A stretch of DNA of 32,784 bases from an uncultured Gammaproteobacteria bacterium (GCA_964364925.1 CAYIOB010000002.1:1-32784); one strand, 5' to 3'; positions 1 through 8,990 are shown, counted from the first letter of the stretch. Notes: generated from the letters alone by a model not told the origin. Numbers and translations are program-made.

Positions 1-1
1 T

Positions 2-130
2 CTATCGTTTGTCGTTGGAGCAAAAATTGCAGGGCCTTTGGGCGCCGTATTCGCAATTCCTGTTCTTGGAATTATAGGCATAATTTTTAGAGAGCTTGGC
101 CACTACTTTATTAATCCCACAAAATCTTAA
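2..130 (+). CDS. C-terminal fragment of a membrane permease, probably AI-2E/PerM (UPF0118) family; 5' end lies outside the window
   Basis: The frame is open from the window edge to TAA at 128-130. It translates to LSFVVGAKIAGPLGAVFAIPVLGIIGIIFRELGHYFINPTKS, a glycine-rich final TM helix typical of AI-2E transporter tails. Confidence 0.45.
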   Translation, partial: LSFVVGAKIAGPLGAVFAIPVLGIIGIIFRELGHYFINPTKS

Positions 131-204
131 TAACCCAATAAGCAAATATGCAAATTCCAAATGAATGCTTTAATCATTAATCCTTCATCATTTAATCTTA
201 AATG

Positions 205-213
205 TGATATCAT
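205..213 (+). promoter_or_regulatory. Extended -10 promoter (TGaTATCAT) 6 nt upstream of the hisS ATG; implies a leaderless mRNA
   Basis: tgTGaTATCAT-aagctt-ATG. There is no Shine-Dalgarno between the box and the start codon. Confidence 0.4.
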
Positions 214-219
214 AAGCTT

Positions 220-1407
220 ATGATAAATGTCCAAACCCTTAAGGGTTTTCGTGATTTTTTGCCCAAAGACGCAAAGAAACGTGAATACGTAATAAACACT
301 TTAAAGAAAGTGTTTGAGTCCTATGGCTTTGAGCCATTAGAAACCCCAAGCCTTGAGTACGAAGGGGTGCTAACCGGGAAATACGGAGACGAAGGCGACA
401 AGCTCATGTATAAATTTAAAGACTTAGGTGGACGGAATGTTGCGCTTCGCTACGATCAAACCGTTCCTCTGGCTAGAGTTGTTGCGCAGTATCAAAACGA
501 CCTCCCCATGCCTTTTAAAAGATACCAGATACAAAATGTATGGAGAGCCGAAAACACGCAAAAAGGCAGATACAGAGAATTTATGCAGGTCGATATCGAC
601 ATTGTCGGCTCCCCTTCTCTAAGGGCTGACGCGGAAATAATCGCATGCGCTTTGAAAGCAATTAGAAAATTAGGATTTGAAAATGCAAAAGTTTTAGTAA
701 ATGACCGTTCTATATTTAAAGACTGGAAGCCTACAGTTTTTTCTGCCATTGACAAATGGGACAAAATAGGAAAAGACGGAGTATCTAAGGAACTTATTCA
801 AAAAGGTTTTGAGAAGCAATGGATTGAGAAATTATTTAATAACTTTGACGATAAAAAACCACCGCCTAATATAGAAAGCGTATTCAATTTCTTAAAGGAA
901 TATTCTATTGAAAAGGATAAAGACATAATCTTTAAATCGAGACTTGCAAGAGGTCTTGATTACTACACATCTACTATTTTTGAGATTGTTTCCGAGGATT
1001 ATCCTTACGGCTCACTGGCCGGCGGAGGAAGGTATGATAATCTAATAGGAATTTTTGCAGGCAAACAAATTCCCGCAGTTGGATTTTCTTTTGGTTTTGA
1101 CCGCCTTTTTGAGGCTATGGATGAACTAAATCTTTTTCCGGCAGGACCTTCGGTTACAAAAGTTTTAGTTACAAGTACGAATGAGCGGGCTTTTGAAATT
1201 GCAAATACCTTAAGGGAAAATGGTATAAATACCGAGATTTATCTGGATGAAAAAGATTTGGAAAAACAATTAAAATATGCAGACAAAAAAGATATTCCCT
1301 ACTCAATCATTTTTGACAAAGAAAAATTAATACTAAAAGACATGATCAGGAGGACACAGGAAACATTAACATTGGAAGAAATAATTAAAAAACTAATTCA
1401 ATCCTAA
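220..1407 (+). CDS. hisS: Histidine--tRNA ligase (class II aaRS), compact 395 aa
   Basis: N-terminal KGFRDFLP, ALRYDQTVPLAR, motif 2 region FKRYQIQNVWRAE..GRYREFMQVDIDIVG, motif 3 GGGRYDNL, and a C-terminal anticodon-binding-like domain. Confidence 0.9.
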   Translation: MINVQTLKGFRDFLPKDAKKREYVINTLKKVFESYGFEPLETPSLEYEGVLTGKYGDEGDKLMYKFKDLGGRNVALRYDQTVPLARVVAQYQNDLPMPFKRYQIQNVWRAENTQKGRYREFMQVDIDIVGSPSLRADAEIIACALKAIRKLGFENAKVLVNDRSIFKDWKPTVFSAIDKWDKIGKDGVSKELIQKGFEKQWIEKLFNNFDDKKPPPNIESVFNFLKEYSIEKDKDIIFKSRLARGLDYYTSTIFEIVSEDYPYGSLAGGGRYDNLIGIFAGKQIPAVGFSFGFDRLFEAMDELNLFPAGPSVTKVLVTSTNERAFEIANTLRENGINTEIYLDEKDLEKQLKYADKKDIPYSIIFDKEKLILKDMIRRTQETLTLEEIIKKLIQS

Positions 1408-2349
1408 ATGCCCTTTAGAATTTTTTTAATATCGCGAAACAAAACAAAACTGGCAATTTTGGCACTTATTTTTGCAAATATTATTTGGGGCGCCGGACTT
1501 CCTATTTACAAATGGACGCTTGAAGTGATTCCCCCATTTACTTTTGCTTTTATAAGATTTTTTTTGGGAGCAGTTATTCTTATCCCATTTATTTTAAAAA
1601 ATTTTAAATTCGCGAAAGAAGACATACCAAAACTTTTCTTTGCATCAATAATATCCATAACTCTTCAGATACCTCTTCTCTTATTCGGATTAAAACTAGC
1701 ACCGAGCATTAACGCTCCGATTATAATTTCCGCCGGTCCCATAATCCTACTGGGAGCCTCAATAATTTTTTTCAAAGAAAAAATATCAGCAAAATTACTG
1801 GCAGGAACCCTTATCAGTCTTTTAGGTGTTTTGATATTGATTTTTAAACCTGCTCTGGAAGCCGGATTTTCGAGCGGAGTTTTAGGAAATTTTCTTATTT
1901 TTCTTGCAACCATCTGCAGCGTAATTCAAGCGCTTGTTGTTAAAAAAATAATGAAAAGAAATGATCCCTTGGCAACTGTTTTTCTTACCTTTATTATTGG
2001 TTCTCTTTTCCTTTTACCCGCCGTTTTAATAGAATATAATTCAACCGGTTTCTTCGCATTGAATATGCAGGCAATTCTAGGAATTATTTATGCGGTTTTA
2101 TTTGCATCGATTTTGGCACATTATTTCTATTTTTTAGCTTTAAAACATGTAAGAGTCTCCGAAACGGGAATTTTTACATATGTTGACCCTATTGCCACAA
2201 TCTTAGTTGCTATTCCACTATTGCATGAAACTATTTCCGAATCTTATGTAATTGCAGCAGTACTGGTGTTTTTAGGAATTTATGTTGCAGAAGGAAGAAT
2301 TCATTACCACCCTTTCCATCTTCTAAGAAAACAGACTTCGGAGTTTTAA
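1408..2349 (+). CDS. EamA/DMT-superfamily transporter (10 predicted TM helices)
   Basis: The 313-aa protein is hydrophobic throughout and has the duplicated EamA-like architecture. Its ATG directly abuts the hisS TAA. Confidence 0.8.
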   Translation: MPFRIFLISRNKTKLAILALIFANIIWGAGLPIYKWTLEVIPPFTFAFIRFFLGAVILIPFILKNFKFAKEDIPKLFFASIISITLQIPLLLFGLKLAPSINAPIIISAGPIILLGASIIFFKEKISAKLLAGTLISLLGVLILIFKPALEAGFSSGVLGNFLIFLATICSVIQALVVKKIMKRNDPLATVFLTFIIGSLFLLPAVLIEYNSTGFFALNMQAILGIIYAVLFASILAHYFYFLALKHVRVSETGIFTYVDPIATILVAIPLLHETISESYVIAAVLVFLGIYVAEGRIHYHPFHLLRKQTSEF

Positions 2350-2353
2350 AAAA

Positions 2354-3130
2354 TTAATTAAATTCCAGAAATAAAGGCAGATGGTCGGAGACTTCATCTT
2401 GCAAAACTTTAAAATCTTTTACTTTTATATCTTTTGAAACTAATATATAGTCGGCATATTTATCTTTTCTTGTATGCAGATTACTTCTTGTACTTTTAAC
2501 ATTATGTTTCTTAATTAGATTAACCATTCCCTCTTCCAGCTTAAACATGCTCTTCGTGTTTGGGTTTAGATTAAAATCCCCGCAAAGAATTTTTCTATGT
2601 TTATATGAATCCAAGAATTTTGTTATTTTGTCCGATTGCTCCAATCTTTCCGGTGTATCTTCTTTTGAGTCGGGAATCCAATATCCATGCAGATTGGCAA
2701 TCAAAGTTTCTTTTTTATCTTTCTCTATATCAACAAAATGGATGTTCCTTGGAAAATCCATAAACTGACCATTCCTTACGGGTTTCGTGTGCTCTTGACC
2801 ATATGAGCCATAAACAAAAATATCTCCTTCGGATAAAACCTTTATTGATTTTCTGACAAAAGTAGCCTGTCCAAAAAGAAGTTCGAAATCAACCTTTTCT
2901 TTAGTATCATGTCTTGCAAACATGGGGGCAAAATAACTGCTGTAGTTTTTTAAGATCTTTTCAATATCGGAATAAACATTCGTCTTCATACCATTATGAA
3001 AAATATTTCTGTCGGATTTGAATACTTCCTGAAAACAAAATATATCAACAGTCTTACTTTGCTCTTTTATAAATTCAATCAGTGGTTCGTATACTTGCCC
3101 TCCCCAAATATTCAAAGCAATCAGTTTCAT
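2354..3130 (-). CDS. Endonuclease/exonuclease/phosphatase (EEP) family protein
   Basis: MKLIALNIWGG, DIFCFQEV, CGDFN and a C-terminal SDHLP match the EEP catalytic motif order. Confidence 0.85.
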   Translation of the reverse strand: MKLIALNIWGGQVYEPLIEFIKEQSKTVDIFCFQEVFKSDRNIFHNGMKTNVYSDIEKILKNYSSYFAPMFARHDTKEKVDFELLFGQATFVRKSIKVLSEGDIFVYGSYGQEHTKPVRNGQFMDFPRNIHFVDIEKDKKETLIANLHGYWIPDSKEDTPERLEQSDKITKFLDSYKHRKILCGDFNLNPNTKSMFKLEEGMVNLIKKHNVKSTRSNLHTRKDKYADYILVSKDIKVKDFKVLQDEVSDHLPLFLEFN

Positions 3131-3136
3131 TTGAAT

Positions 3137-3310
3137 ATTATATCACGGGGAAATTTGGAACTAAGGAAAATGGATTATCACAGGTATACAAGTATACCTG
3201 TATTAAAAATGCTTGTGTAATGACATATTGATACATGTTGATACATGGAAACATGCTCAATTAAATAAATACCTAAGTGAAAAATAACTCGGGAGAACTG
3301 GTTTTGCTAA
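3137..3310. repeat. Copy 1 of a ~170-bp direct repeat (promoter/upstream region of the EEP gene); partner at 4260-4425
   Basis: By-eye alignment with 4260-4425 shows long identical blocks (attatcacaggtatacaagtatac, aaataaata, gtgaaaaataa, cgggagaa) with a few indels, roughly three-quarters identical. Confidence 0.7.
3180..3201. promoter_or_regulatory. Perfect 10+2+10 palindrome ACAGGTATAC-AA-GTATACCTGT, operator-like, about 60 nt upstream of the EEP start
   Basis: The two arms are exact reverse complements. The same element recurs at 4307-4328. Confidence 0.5.
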
Positions 3311-3355
3311 TCACAACATTTAGGTATATAATTAAATTAAAGGAGGTGATTTGAA

Positions 3356-3553
3356 ATGACAGACGAAAGAGGAGAAACCCCGCGACCCCCAGAAGTTCCT
3401 AAACAAACTCCCGAACCTGGAACTACAGAACCAATCCCTGAAGCTGTACCCCCAGTTCTTAAACCAGATTCATTATTAGACAGGCTACAATCAGAAGCGG
3501 CTAGGGCACGTGGGGCAAAACAAAGCGGAAAAAGCGGCAGCTCTCATACTTAA
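3356..3553 (+). CDS. Hypothetical small Pro/Glu-rich protein (65 aa), probably disordered
   Basis: A strong SD (AAAGGAGGTGA) sits 7 nt before the ATG. The ORF looks clearly more G+C-rich than its flanks. No recognisable domain. Confidence 0.4.
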   Translation: MTDERGETPRPPEVPKQTPEPGTTEPIPEAVPPVLKPDSLLDRLQSEAARARGAKQSGKSGSSHT

Positions 3554-3594
3554 ATCTTGAGTAGATTATGCCAGGGGGGAAATTCGTAATAATT

Positions 3595-4251
3595 CTATTC
3601 TTTTCCTTCCCATTCTTTATAAAACTTCTTAAGAAATTTTTCCATATATTTATGTCTTCTAAGAGCGATTTGCCTTGCGGTTTTAGTATTCATTCTGTTT
3701 TTTAAGAGCAGGAGTTTTTCGTAGAAATGATTAATCGTCGGACTTTTGCTATTTTTATATTCTTCAAATGAATTATGCATTGTTGGCTTTGAGTTTGGGT
3801 TGTGAATTTCCTGCCCCATTTTTCCTCCGTAAGCAAAAGTCCTGGCAATTCCAATTGCGCCAATCGCGTCTAATTTATCCGCGTCCTGCACAACCATCCC
3901 TTCTTTTGTTTTCATCTGGGACTTTACGTTTGCTCCCCTAAAACTTACAGTCTTTATAATTTGGTAAACGTGCTCGATATATTTTTCTTCGACATCAAGA
4001 GTTTCGAGCCACGTCCTTGCGGTTTTTGGTCCGATTTCTTCGTCCCCTCCGTGCAATTTCCAGTCGGCAATATCATGCAAAAGAGCAGCTATTTCTATTA
4101 CAAACATCTCAACATTCTTTTCTTTCTTTCCGATATATTTTGCCATTTTCCAAACCCTATAAACATGCCACCAGTCATGTCCGCTACTTTCCCCTTCCAA
4201 GGTTTTCTTGGCATAATCCGCAGTTTTTTGAATGATTATTTTTTTATTCAT
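3595..4251 (-). CDS. HD-domain phosphohydrolase (YedJ/YpgQ-like)
   Basis: HDWWHVYRV, LLHDIADWK, DADKLDAIGAIGIARTF: the His...HD...D metal-binding pattern of the HD superfamily. Confidence 0.85.
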   Translation of the reverse strand: MNKKIIIQKTADYAKKTLEGESSGHDWWHVYRVWKMAKYIGKKEKNVEMFVIEIAALLHDIADWKLHGGDEEIGPKTARTWLETLDVEEKYIEHVYQIIKTVSFRGANVKSQMKTKEGMVVQDADKLDAIGAIGIARTFAYGGKMGQEIHNPNSKPTMHNSFEEYKNSKSPTINHFYEKLLLLKNRMNTKTARQIALRRHKYMEKFLKKFYKEWEGKE

Positions 4252-4259
4252 TGATGCTA

Positions 4260-4425
4260 ATTATACCACGAGGGAGAAATTTGAAACTAAAGAAAAAATG
4301 ATTATCACAGGTATACAAGTATACTTGTGGTAAAAAGGTTATGTAGTGATGTATCAATACATTAAAACATAATCAACTAAATAAATATCGGGGTGAAAAT
4401 AAACGCGGGAGAAATTGGAGATTAG
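4260..4425. repeat. Copy 2 of the ~170-bp direct repeat (promoter/upstream region of the HD gene)
   Basis: See 3137-3310. Same orientation, 1.12 kb downstream, and in the same position relative to the start codon of a minus-strand gene. Confidence 0.7.
4307..4328. promoter_or_regulatory. Second copy of the palindromic operator-like site (ACAGGTATAC-AA-GTATACtTGT, one arm mismatch)
   Basis: Matches 3180-3201 at 21 of 22 positions. Centred about 66 nt upstream of the HD gene ATG. Confidence 0.5.
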
Positions 4426-4437
4426 GGGAATCTAAGA

Positions 4438-4758
4438 TCAATTTCTAGAGCATGGATAAATTACAAAATCTTGTGGAGGTTTTTCAGACTCATGCACCCA
4501 TATGGCTTCCCATAGCATAACTCGACTACTGCATCTAGGTAAACCTTCAATAAGCCTTACTTTTGTCGCGGTGGCAACGCTAACCGACGAAGGGTCATAT
4601 TCTAATGAAAATTGCTCAAGTGTAACCCTGGCTCTCTCTATATCTACTTGAGAAGTTTCAAAATCTATAACTGTAGCCGTTTTGGTAACCAACATTGATG
4701 TTTTTTTCAGATAAACCGGCTCCATCTCTCTCATATATCGGATTATATTATTCTGCAT
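4438..4758 (-). CDS. Hypothetical protein (106 aa), orphan
   Basis: ATG-to-TGA ORF with no recognisable motif. It looks more G+C-rich than neighbouring housekeeping genes and is divergent from rpmE. Confidence 0.4.
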   Translation of the reverse strand: MQNNIIRYMREMEPVYLKKTSMLVTKTATVIDFETSQVDIERARVTLEQFSLEYDPSSVSVATATKVRLIEGLPRCSSRVMLWEAIWVHESEKPPQDFVIYPCSRN

Positions 4759-4813
4759 TTGCTAAATCAAGCACAGGGTGAAATTTGCACCCTCCCAAAA
4801 ACCGAACAAAGTC

Positions 4814-4842
4814 TTGTATTGAGTTCCTATTTACGGTATAAT
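4814..4842 (+). promoter_or_regulatory. Sigma-70-like promoter of rpmE (TTGTAT-N17-TATAAT); the ATG is 7 nt after the -10
   Basis: -35 at 4814-4819, -10 at 4837-4842, spacer 17 nt, then attgagt-ATG (4850). Confidence 0.5.
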
Positions 4843-4849
4843 ATTGAGT

Positions 4850-5137
4850 ATGAAACAGGCGATTCACCCACAATATTTTGATAATGCGCAGGTTATATGT
4901 GCTTGCGGAAACACATTTACAACTGGAAGCACTCTGGAGACAATCCGTGTGGAACTTTGCAGCAAATGCCACCCCTTTTATACGGGCGAACAAAGATTTG
5001 TTGATTCAGGTTCAAAGATTCAAAAATTTCAAGCCAAACAAGAAGCTGCAAAAGAATACGTTGCCAAGAAAAAAGAAGTTAAAAAAGATAACTCCGGACC
5101 GCAGACACTCCGCGAAATGCTTGACGCATTAAAATAG
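4850..5137 (+). CDS. rpmE: 50S ribosomal protein L31 (Zn-binding type A)
   Basis: MKQAIHPQY.., CACG...[10 protein letters not shown]. The ORF-track start at 4844 is a TTG two codons upstream; the ATG at 4850 is preferred. Confidence 0.9.
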   Translation: MKQAIHPQYFDNAQVICACGNTFTTGSTLETIRVELCSKCHPFYTGEQRFVDSGSKIQKFQAKQEAAKEYVAKKKEVKKDNSGPQTLREMLDALK

Positions 5138-5190
5138 CCCTCCTTTGCCAAGGCTTCGGAAGGGCAAGTCCCTTTCCCGCGCCAAGGATC
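5138..5190 (+). terminator. GC-rich hairpin cluster between rpmE and prfA (possible terminator/attenuator)
   Basis: GCCCTCC...GGAAGGGC and AGGGcaagtCCCT stems lie in an otherwise AT-rich context. There is no clean U-tract. Confidence 0.3.
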
Positions 5191-5209
5191 TAAGGAGACA
5201 AAACTTCCT

Positions 5210-6154
5210 ATGGAAGATTACAGATTGATACAGCTTCAAGAATTGGATAAAAAAATCGAGGAAACAAAAACTCTTCTTTCAGACCCTTCTTTGGCCGAAA
5301 TGGCAAAAGCAGAAATTGCGGATTTGGAAAAACAAAAAGCAGAAATTGAGGCAACTTTTCAAACCAACAAAGAAGAAGCAGACGATTCCCTGGACACAAG
5401 AAACGTAATTATCGAAGTATCGGGGGCGGCAGGCGGCGAAGAAGCAAAAATTTGGGGGCAGGATCTTTTGCGGATGTATTCAAGATTTGCCCAGATTAAA
5501 GGATTTAAAATTGAGACATTGGACGAAAACGTAATTAAAGTGGAAGGCAAGGGGCCTGCCCGCAATGCTTCGCAACGCGATGCGGGCGGGGCTTTTGAAT
5601 TGTTTAAGTACGAGGCAGGAGTTCACAGGGTGCAAAGAACTCCCGAGACTGAAAAACGGGGCAGAATTCATACCTCTACCGCAACCGTTTCTGTTTTGCC
5701 GGAACTTGAAGATATTGATTTACATATCAACCCCGACGATATTACTTTTGAAGCTTTTAGAAGCGGCGGACACGGAGGGCAAAATGTTAATAAAGTTTCA
5801 ACAGCGGTAAGACTTATTCATAAACCAAGCGGCATTATCGTTACCTGCCAAACTCAAAGGTTTCAGGCGCAAAACCGAGAGCTGGCAATGGAAATGTTAA
5901 GAGCAAAGCTTTGGGAAGCCGAAGTAGAAAAACAGCACGGAGAAATTTCAAGCTTAAAAGCAACCCAAGTTGGCCGCGGCATGCGGGCCGAGAAAATAAG
6001 AACTTATAATTTCCCCCAAGATAGGCTGACAGACCATAGAATTAATAAGTCCTGGCATAATCTTGAGGCAATTTTAGAAGGAAACCTAAACCAAATCATT
6101 GAGGATATGCGGGTTTTAGAAACTACTGCAGATACTCCAAATCCTTCTGTTTAA
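5210..6154 (+). CDS. prfA: Peptide chain release factor 1 (short, 314 aa)
   Basis: GGQ motif ([12 protein letters not shown]), PxT-type anticodon tripeptide ([14 protein letters not shown]), SD AAGGAG upstream. Confidence 0.88.
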   Translation: MEDYRLIQLQELDKKIEETKTLLSDPSLAEMAKAEIADLEKQKAEIEATFQTNKEEADDSLDTRNVIIEVSGAAGGEEAKIWGQDLLRMYSRFAQIKGFKIETLDENVIKVEGKGPARNASQRDAGGAFELFKYEAGVHRVQRTPETEKRGRIHTSTATVSVLPELEDIDLHINPDDITFEAFRSGGHGGQNVNKVSTAVRLIHKPSGIIVTCQTQRFQAQNRELAMEMLRAKLWEAEVEKQHGEISSLKATQVGRGMRAEKIRTYNFPQDRLTDHRINKSWHNLEAILEGNLNQIIEDMRVLETTADTPNPSV

Positions 6155-7835
6155 GCCCAGCTATATTTTCCAAAGAATTTTCTGCAATTATCTTTGCTAT
6201 TTGTCTTCCGCCTGCCAAATGAGGCAAGATAACATAGTCTGCATGAGCATTGTATAATAGTTTCGCATCATGGGAATCCAAGGCCATAACCACTACTTTT
6301 GCTTTTCTATTTTCGTGTCTTAATTCTTTTAAAAGCAGAAGATTATCTTCCGCATCGGGTATGGTTGATATAACAAGTTTTGCGCTGTCAATCTGGGCTC
6401 TTTCCTGAATATCCAAATCGGAAATATCGCCAAAAAGCCTATGTACTTTTTTACCCGCTTCGCCGAGTCGAGGCGAGTTTTCCAGATTCTTGACAACTGC
6501 CGGATCAAAATCTATGACAACTACTTCGTCTCCCGAGTCCCTTAGCGCTTCCAAAATACTCTGCCCCATCTGATCTCCTCCGACAACAACAACATGATCT
6601 TTTATATTTTCAAAACCGTCTGCTGGAACCATTTCATCTTTTTTATTATGTTTTCTTTCCAAGAAATTAATTCTCTTACCAAACGATAAATACAGCTTAT
6701 TGCCCCTTAAAATAAGATAACTTGAAAAAGCAAAGGTAATAATTGCAACCATTGTTATTAGAGAAACTACGCTATCGGAAACGTGTCCCAGCTTATTTCC
6801 GATGAATATAATAATCAAAGAAAATTCCGAGATTTGCGAATGCGTTACACCTGTTAAAAAAGACGTTCTTTTTCTGTAACCCGTAAAACCTAAAATAAGC
6901 ATTACTATTAAAGGCTTGCCTATTAAAACAAATAAAGATAATATTATTGCCGGAACTAAAACCTGGAAAAAATTAACAAAATTCATTTGCGCGCCTAAAA
7001 GAACAAAGAAAATTACAATAAAAAAATCTCTTAAAATTTTTGCTTTGGCAATTATCTGGTAATTTACAATGGAATTAGCCAGCGCAAGACCTGCCAAGAA
7101 GCCTCCGATTTCAGTTGAAAATCCAACGTATGGCGAACTAACAAGCGCGGTTAATCCAAAAACCCAAGCCATACTGACTAAAAATAAAGTCTCCGAACTC
7201 CTGGCAATAAGTTCGAAAAATTTCGGAAAAACATTAATGCTTAAATACCAAACACCAGTGAATAAGATTATGCCTTTTACGGCAATCAGGAAAAATTGTA
7301 CTAACGGCAGTGTTCCTCCGGCTTCCCGGCTAAAACCGGAGAGGAACATTAAAAGAAGTATGGCCAAAAGATCCTGGGCAAGTAAAATTACAAGGGAAAT
7401 CTTTGCATAAAGACTGTGCAAATCTCTTTTGTCCGATAAAATTTTAACAATTATAACGGTTGATGAGAAAGTAAGCGCAACGGCAATGTAAAAGGCGGGC
7501 AAAAGCGAAAAACCAAGTATACTAGCAAGAGTAAAACCCAAAGCAAAAGTAATAAAAAGCTGTCCTAAGGCCACAGCCAAAAGCGATTTACCAAGCGCAA
7601 AAAGATCCGACACTCTAATTTCGAGGCCGACCATAAACAAAAGTAAAGTTATACCAAGCTGTGACATTGTCTGAAGGATGTCTTGATTTCCGGACCTAAA
7701 AATAACCAAAGGCCCCATTATAATTCCCGTAAGAATATAAGCTAAGATTTCCGGCTGTTTTAATAATCTGAAAATTAAGGAGAGACCCGCGGCAAGACAA
7801 ATAATAATTGTTATATCAAGGAAAAGATTACCCAT
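6123..7835 (-). CDS. Kef-type cation:proton antiporter (CPA2) with C-terminal RCK/TrkA-N domain
   Basis: Multi-TM Na+/H+-exchanger-like N-terminus, then a Rossmann motif [17 protein letters not shown]. Start moved to the ATG at 7835 ([11 protein letters not shown]); the ORF-track extension to 7958 runs through a hairpin array. Confidence 0.85.
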   Translation of the reverse strand: MGNLFLDITIIICLAAGLSLIFRLLKQPEILAYILTGIIMGPLVIFRSGNQDILQTMSQLGITLLLFMVGLEIRVSDLFALGKSLLAVALGQLFITFALGFTLASILGFSLLPAFYIAVALTFSSTVIIVKILSDKRDLHSLYAKISLVILLAQDLLAILLLMFLSGFSREAGGTLPLVQFFLIAVKGIILFTGVWYLSINVFPKFFELIARSSETLFLVSMAWVFGLTALVSSPYVGFSTEIGGFLAGLALANSIVNYQIIAKAKILRDFFIVIFFVLLGAQMNFVNFFQVLVPAIILSLFVLIGKPLIVMLILGFTGYRKRTSFLTGVTHSQISEFSLIIIFIGNKLGHVSDSVVSLITMVAIITFAFSSYLILRGNKLYLSFGKRINFLERKHNKKDEMVPADGFENIKDHVVVVGGDQMGQSILEALRDSGDEVVVIDFDPAVVKNLENSPRLGEAGKKVHRLFGDISDLDIQERAQIDSAKLVISTIPDAEDNLLLLKELRHENRKAKVVVMALDSHDAKLLYNAHADYVILPHLAGGRQIAKIIAENSLENIAGLKQKDLEYLQ

Positions 7836-7867
7836 TAGATTATTTATACTATTTACCCAGTTAAATT

Positions 7868-7928
7868 GCAAAGCCAAGTCAGACTTGGCAAAGCCGCGTC
7901 TGACGCGGCAAAGCACCGGCGTAGCCGG
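7868..7928. repeat. Tandem array of three GC-rich palindromic hairpins, each preceded by CAAAG
   Basis: gcaaag-CCAAGTCAGACTTGG (7874-7888), caaag-CCGCGTCTGACGCGG (7894-7908), caaag-ca-CCGGCGTAGCCGG (7916-7928), with a period of about 20-22 nt. Confidence 0.65.
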
Positions 7929-7997
7929 ATTTAACAGGGTGAATTTCCAGTCAATCACGAGCTTTACATAAAATTCAATACTTGTTATATTAATAAA

Positions 7998-8684
7998 ATG
8001 GAATTGACGCTCATTGAAAAAAAGCAGGAAACTCTAGACGCTGTTTCGTTTTTTTTCAAACCATCCTTCCCTATTTTATGGACTCCCGGGCAGTTTCTAA
8101 TTTACAATCTTGAGCATAAAAATCCGGATATCAGAGGAAAAATGCGTTTTTTTACAATTTCCTCCGCTCCTTTTGAAAACCATATTGCAATTACTACTAA
8201 AATTGACGACAAAACTCCCAGCAGTTTTAAAAAAGCATTAAACCAAATCCCAATTGGCGGAAAAATACAGACAAAAGGGCCGGACGGAAATTTTGTTCTG
8301 GAAGACGTATTTGCGGAGTATGTTTTTATTGCCGGCGGAATAGGAATTACGCCGTTTAGACCGATTATTCTTGATTTAGCAAACGATAAATCTCCGATAA
8401 ACGTTACGCTTTTATATGCAAATAAAACCGGAGACATTCTTTTCAAGAACGAGCTTGAGGAAATTGCAAAATCAAACCCAAACTTTAAAATTAATTATTT
8501 TATAAGCCCAAATCACATTGACGAAGATTCTATCAAGAAACTTGTACCCAATTTGAAACAGCCTTTATATTATATTTCCGGACCAAATAATATGGTTGAA
8601 GATTTACTAGCCGTATTAAAAAAATTAGGAGTTGAAGACAAGAGAATAAAACTTGACTATTTCCACGGCTACGAAACAATTTAA
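7998..8684 (+). CDS. Ferredoxin-NADP reductase-like FAD/NAD(P)-binding oxidoreductase
   Basis: FAD-binding RFFTISS (RxYS-type) and NAD-binding FIAGGIGITPF; two-domain FNR fold length (228 aa). Confidence 0.8.
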   Translation: MELTLIEKKQETLDAVSFFFKPSFPILWTPGQFLIYNLEHKNPDIRGKMRFFTISSAPFENHIAITTKIDDKTPSSFKKALNQIPIGGKIQTKGPDGNFVLEDVFAEYVFIAGGIGITPFRPIILDLANDKSPINVTLLYANKTGDILFKNELEEIAKSNPNFKINYFISPNHIDEDSIKKLVPNLKQPLYYISGPNNMVEDLLAVLKKLGVEDKRIKLDYFHGYETI

Positions 8685-8941
8685 TTATTGTTCCCCGTTT
8701 TTACCTGTCCTTCGGTTAAAGCCAAAATTTTTCCAAGCTCTGCCGTAAGTTTTTTAGCCTGTTCCCTGCTCATTCCAACTCTTGCAACAACTCTAACTTG
8801 ATTTGTATTAGCCAGACGCTGAGTAATATCTAAAACAACGCCGTCGGGATTTACCGTAATTATTACGTTATCCGTATACAGAATTGGGGTTGTATCCAAA
8901 TTAATATTAACTGCCAATTCCTGTTTTTTCTTTTCATCCAT
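8681..8941 (-). CDS. DUF3467-family small protein
   Basis: The pattern YTDNVIITVNPDGVVLDITQ...VVARVGMSREQAKKL resembles DUF3467. ATG at 8941 is preceded by GGGGGTGA; the track start at 8950 is a GTG. Confidence 0.65.
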   Translation of the reverse strand: MDEKKKQELAVNINLDTTPILYTDNVIITVNPDGVVLDITQRLANTNQVRVVARVGMSREQAKKLTAELGKILALTEGQVKTGNNN

Positions 8942-8973
8942 TATTATCACCCCCTGTCCGCCGCTAAAGCGCT

Positions 8974-8990
8974 CCCCGATTTAATCGGGG
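8974..8990 (-). terminator. Hairpin CCCCGAT-N3-ATCGGGG just downstream of the murB stop (terminator-like, no U-tract)
   Basis: Perfect 7-bp stem. The same stem sequence recurs at 23213-23229. Confidence 0.35.

Noticed and set aside
7069-7410. 113-aa plus-strand ORF inside the Kef-type antiporter gene, and the many similar 60-130-aa antisense or overlapping ORFs in the track (for example 428-764, 1665-1913, 2547-2768, 3961-4254, 8102-8446, 11455-11850, 22636-22950, 27620-27931)
   Set aside because: All are nested within, or antisense to, genes with clear family assignments. Their composition is that of shadow ORFs.
7836-7958. N-terminal extensions of ORF-track calls (also 13369-13458, 28070-28114, 31558-31668, 30301-30336, 29028-29042, 20129-20167)
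   Set aside because: The extensions begin at TTG or GTG or run through intergenic repeats and hairpins. They add residues unlike the protein families. Internal ATGs with -10 boxes or coupling signals fit better.
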